NCBI GenBank assembly: GCA_964202905.1
Contig: CAXNJO010000002.1
Span: forward strand, 728,494-792,493
Source of the DNA: Polyangiales bacterium
GTDB taxonomy: Bacteria > Myxococcota_A > Polyangia > Polyangiales > JADJQN01
Reading direction: 5' to 3'
DNA length: 64,000 nucleotides
Of the stretch, positions 60,611-64,000 are shown piece after piece (positions within the stretch are counted from its first letter, which is position 1; each line of letters starts with the position of its first letter). A model generated the notes under the pieces. It was not told the origin of the DNA and made no database searches. It worked only from the letters and a program-made list of their open reading frames with translations. Both the position numbers and the translations under genes were made by a program.

Positions 60611-61840
60611 TCACTGAATGCCGCGCGATACCTCGAACGCGACGGTGTAGCTAGTATCGCCGTTGCCAGCAGCAAAGCGTCCCGTCGTACGGTCCGCGGT
60701 CGGGGGCGTTTCGGCGGACCAGTCGAGGTTTGAACTCACGCCAAGCGTCGGCTGCCCCGCCGCTGCCGCGACGACACGGAAACTGCCACGCGCAAGCTCC
60801 TCGCCGTCTTCGCGCTCAAGACCTCCTGTGCCGCACTCGATCACGTCTCCCACGGCAGCTCTGACGTGCTCGGTGAGACCGATTCGGTAGGTCGCCGTGT
60901 CCACCTCGCTGGAGCGCCACACAGGACGCTCTGCCGCTTCGAGAGGCACTTCTTCGCCGGCGACCTTGCACCAGGGCCGAAGCTCCCACGTCGAGGTGCC
61001 CAACGTCCCGTCCTCCACGACCGATAGCAACTCGAAGCGCATGGTGTAGGCAACGGTTTCCGGGCCGGTGATGGCCGTGGCTGCCAACGCCCCGGCCTGA
61101 GGGCGGGGGATGACGCGGTAATCGACGAAAATCGGCACTGGCGGACCATCTGCGACATAGGCCGCCTCCACCGCTGCGGCGTCTCGCGCGAACACGGCTT
61201 CTCCACTTCGCGGACGCAGGCCGCGCCCCACGGTAGACATCTCAACTCGATTCTGGCTGGCCCACGCCGAAATCTGCCCCTCCCCGGCCACGAACTTCGC
61301 GAGAAGGCCGGCCTCGAACCGCCTCGCGTCGACGTGCGCCACCGACTCGTACAAGTGCCCGTAATAGATGCGCGCGAGGTAGTACACAGCTCCGTCCGGA
61401 GCACTCTCCATAGACTGCGTGTCGTCGACCTCCTCGACGTACTTGATCTGATAGGCACGCTGCGTCGCGTAGCGCTCCCGCATGTTCACGCCGATGTTCG
61501 CCGAGGCTATGCCCCACGCCGAGGCGTTCGCCGAGAGCTCGACAGTGTCCTCGATTATGGCCGCATTGTGACGAAAGGCGTCGACGTTCGTGTGGACGAT
61601 ATTCGCGTCGTCATTACCGAAGAGCGGCGTCGCCGTAGGCCCGACGAGGGGCTGGAAGGTCGCATCGTACGGGCGCCCGAGCATGTGCCGACCGATGCTC
61701 GTCGGCGCGGTCGCGAAGATCGTCGGGCTCGACATGACCGTCGTCGCGCAGCCGCTCGACGCAGCGAGCAGGGAGAGCAGCCCGCCGAGGAGGACCGTGG
61801 AGAGGTGCGAACGAGAATGAGACCTTGACGGATTGCGCAT
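60611..61840 (-). CDS. Lipoprotein, possible MACPF/CDC-like domain plus C-terminal beta-sandwich
   Basis: Lipobox-like SSGC; YYLARIYYG resembles the CDC/MACPF core strand motif. Fold call is tentative. Confidence 0.6.
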   Translation of the reverse strand: MRNPSRSHSRSHLSTVLLGGLLSLLAASSGCATTVMSSPTIFATAPTSIGRHMLGRPYDATFQPLVGPTATPLFGNDDANIVHTNVDAFRHNAAIIEDTVELSANASAWGIASANIGVNMRERYATQRAYQIKYVEEVDDTQSMESAPDGAVYYLARIYYGHLYESVAHVDARRFEAGLLAKFVAGEGQISAWASQNRVEMSTVGRGLRPRSGEAVFARDAAAVEAAYVADGPPVPIFVDYRVIPRPQAGALAATAITGPETVAYTMRFELLSVVEDGTLGTSTWELRPWCKVAGEEVPLEAAERPVWRSSEVDTATYRIGLTEHVRAAVGDVIECGTGGLEREDGEELARGSFRVVAAAAGQPTLGVSSNLDWSAETPPTADRTTGRFAAGNGDTSYTVAFEVSRGIQ

Positions 61841-61944
61841 GGAGATTCGTTGACCGTAGATGCCTTCGCGTTCGCCGGTCAAGGCCTCATGAACCCACCA
61901 CCACCCCTCGACACGGCATCGCGAAACACGATAGCGTCCGCACT

Positions 61945-62878
61945 ATGTCGCGTTTCTCTCGCCGGGGACTTGCCGTTCTCCTCCTCATTTCGTTGGTCGG
62001 TTGTGGCGGCACCGCGCGCGTCACGCCGCCGCGCCCCGAGACGCTCGCGAAGCGCACGTGTGTCGTGTTGTCGGTGGGCAGCTTTCGCGGGATCGCGCAC
62101 GTCGGAGCGCTCAGAGGCCATCGCCCAGAGCGGCCTCGGTGTCGATTGCGTCGTCGGCAACAGCATGGGTTCGCTCGTCGGTGCGCTGTATGCGTCTGCT
62201 CCCGGCGAGCCCATCGCGACGCGCACGCGCGGCTTCCTGAACGCCTACGTCGGTCAGACGCAGAGCGAGGCGGGCCAGCGCGCGGTCGGCGGCGCATTGA
62301 TTCTCGGGCTGCTCACGGGCGGGATCGGGGCCCTCGTCGGCGCGGGCGTCGGTGCCATCTCGGTCGACCAGGTCGATCACGGCCGGGTCGTCACCGTCCT
62401 GCGCCGCCACGTCAACGGCGTGGACATCGAGGATCTGCCGGTCGAGTACGTGACCTTCTATCTCAAGCGCGAAGGCGACGGGATCACCCTCGTCGATGCC
62501 ACGGAGGGCGATCTCGCCACGGCCGTCGGTCACAGCATCGCCAATCCCTTCATATTCCAGAACATGCAGATGAGCCGCGCCGAGGGCATCGACCCGGGCG
62601 CGGACCGCGTCTCCGCAACGCCCGTGGAAGATGCCTGTCGCCTCTTCCCTGACGCGCGCCTCATCGCCGTCAACGTCACCGGCACCCCCGTCTTCCACTC
62701 CGCCGCGATGCGCTGCCCGCTGCTCGAGATCCGCATCGACGTCGGCCCGGTCGACGAAGCGGCCATCGTCCGCGGCGGCCCCGCCTTCGACCGCGTCGTC
62801 ACGACCGGCCGCGATGCCACCGCCGCCGCCCTCAGCGCCTCCGGCTGGGAGCCGCTCGCGCTCGAGGGCGAAATCTGA
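61945..62878 (+). CDS. Patatin-like phospholipase lipoprotein; frameshift ~62113
   Basis: Lipobox LVGC; VLSVGSFRGIAHVGAL oxyanion loop; GNSMG nucleophile; SIANPFIF. One extra A at ~62113 splits ORFs 61825 and 61850. Confidence 0.8.
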
Positions 62879-62982
62879 GGGCGAGCAGGGCGCGGTGGCC
62901 CCCTGTGCCAACGTCAGCTGAGACAGGCTTCGCTGGATCTCTCTGTAGCGAAGGGCGGAGAATGGCGTACCGAAATTGCCTA

Positions 62983-63996
62983 CAGCGGGATCCGATCGCC
63001 ATGATCGCGATGATGTGATCTCATGAGGCATGCCTGTCGCAACGTCGATGGATCTGCGCGAGCGCGCCGCAAGGGCGTACCTCGCGGGCGAGGGGACGTA
63101 CAAAGAGGTCGCCGAGCGGTTCGCGATCGGCGATGCCAGCGTGCGCCGGTGGGTGCGGCGATTCCGGGAGACTGCGAGCTTGGAGCCGAGTCCGCACGCT
63201 GGCGGGCGGGCCGCAAAGGTGAGCGACGCGGAGCTGTCGCAGTTGCTCGCGTTGGTCGAGGAGCGGCCGGACCGCACGGTGGCGCAGGTGGCACAGGAGT
63301 GGCGACGTCGGATGCAGGTGACGATCAGTCGTTCGGCAGTGCTGCGGGCGCTGCACCGTGCGGGGCTGACGTTCAAAAAAAGGGTCTTCGCGCGAGCGAG
63401 CAGCGGCGCGAAGAAGTCATCGCCCGTCGCGCAGCCTACCAAGAGATCGTCGCGACCATCGACGCGAACAAGCTCATCTTCATCGACGAGTCGGGGTGCA
63501 ATCTCTCGATGACGCCTCGGTGTGCGTGGTCGCTCGCAGGCGTGCGGGCAGAGGCGTTTCGCCCGATGAACTGGGGCAAGAACGTCACGATGATTGGAGC
63601 CGTCCGAACGACCGGCCTCGTCACGCTGCGCTCGATGGAGGGAGCGATGAAGACGATGGACTTCTTGCAGTTCGTCGCACGCGACCTCGTGCCGAAGCTC
63701 AAGCTCGATGACGTCGTCGTGCTCGACAACCTGCGTCAACATCACGACCCGCGCGTCCGCCTCATGATCGAGAACGCCGGCGCGAAGGTGCTCTACCTCC
63801 CTCCGTATTGCCCCGGACCTCAGCCCCATCGAGCCGTACTGGTCGGCCTTCAAAGCGTACCTGCGCCGCTTCGAAGCGCGCACCAAAGAAGCCCTCTTCG
63901 ACGCGATACACGCGGTCCGAAAGCAGCGAATCCCGACTCGTAACTTCTTTACGCACTGCGGTTATCCATGACGCTCAAGGCATGCGATCCCCGCTG
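62983..63996 (+). mobile_element. IS630 family insertion sequence, complete, with TA target duplication
   Basis: TA|CAGCGGGATC at the left end and GATCCCCGCTG|TA at the right end; encloses HTH and DDE ORFs. Confidence 0.92.
63030..63971 (+). CDS. IS630 transposase (OrfA HTH plus OrfB DDE joined by -1 frameshift at A7G 63375-63382; extra indel ~63815)
   Basis: SMDLRER HTH; FIDESG, VLDNL, LPPYCP/DLSPIE DDE motifs; stop TGA 63969-63971 in the corrected frame. Confidence 0.88.
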
Positions 63997-64000
63997 TAAG

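Overview
Very GC-rich bacterial DNA that reads as Myxococcota (inference from a MYXO-CTERM motif, DUF4215 and MopE-type Cys repeats and many Cys-rich lipoproteins; most like Polyangiales/Sandaracinaceae). Positions 1-51 kb look chromosomal: sugar ABC genes, argE-argA, SDR/TetR/P450, an operon of Cys-rich lipoprotein, maltoporin-like porin and alpha-amylase, a HelD-like helicase, an RluA-RlmI fusion, MFS, SWIM-SNF2, large surface proteins, a lipoprotein with a PEP-synthase-like domain, penicillin acylase and others. At 39.0-40.8 kb a Y1/HUH (RAYT-like) transposase is flanked by oppositely oriented clusters of an ACCCACGTTG-core repeat, which recurs as a 5x24-bp array at 44.6 kb and inside a CDS at 49.4 kb. 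From about 51.6 kb the region looks accessory: a DUF433/DUF5615 toxin-antitoxin pair, Uma2, a 6x41-42-bp palindromic array, a deleted duplicate of the TA pair, and a six-gene envelope/lipid cluster (C2-like protein, lipoprotein, MlaF-MlaE fusion, glycine-zipper protein, MACPF/CDC-like lipoprotein, patatin lipoprotein) ending in a complete IS630. Several single-base frameshifts look like long-read indel errors. No rRNA, tRNA or CRISPR was seen. All family calls come from recognising motifs by eye; no database search was run.
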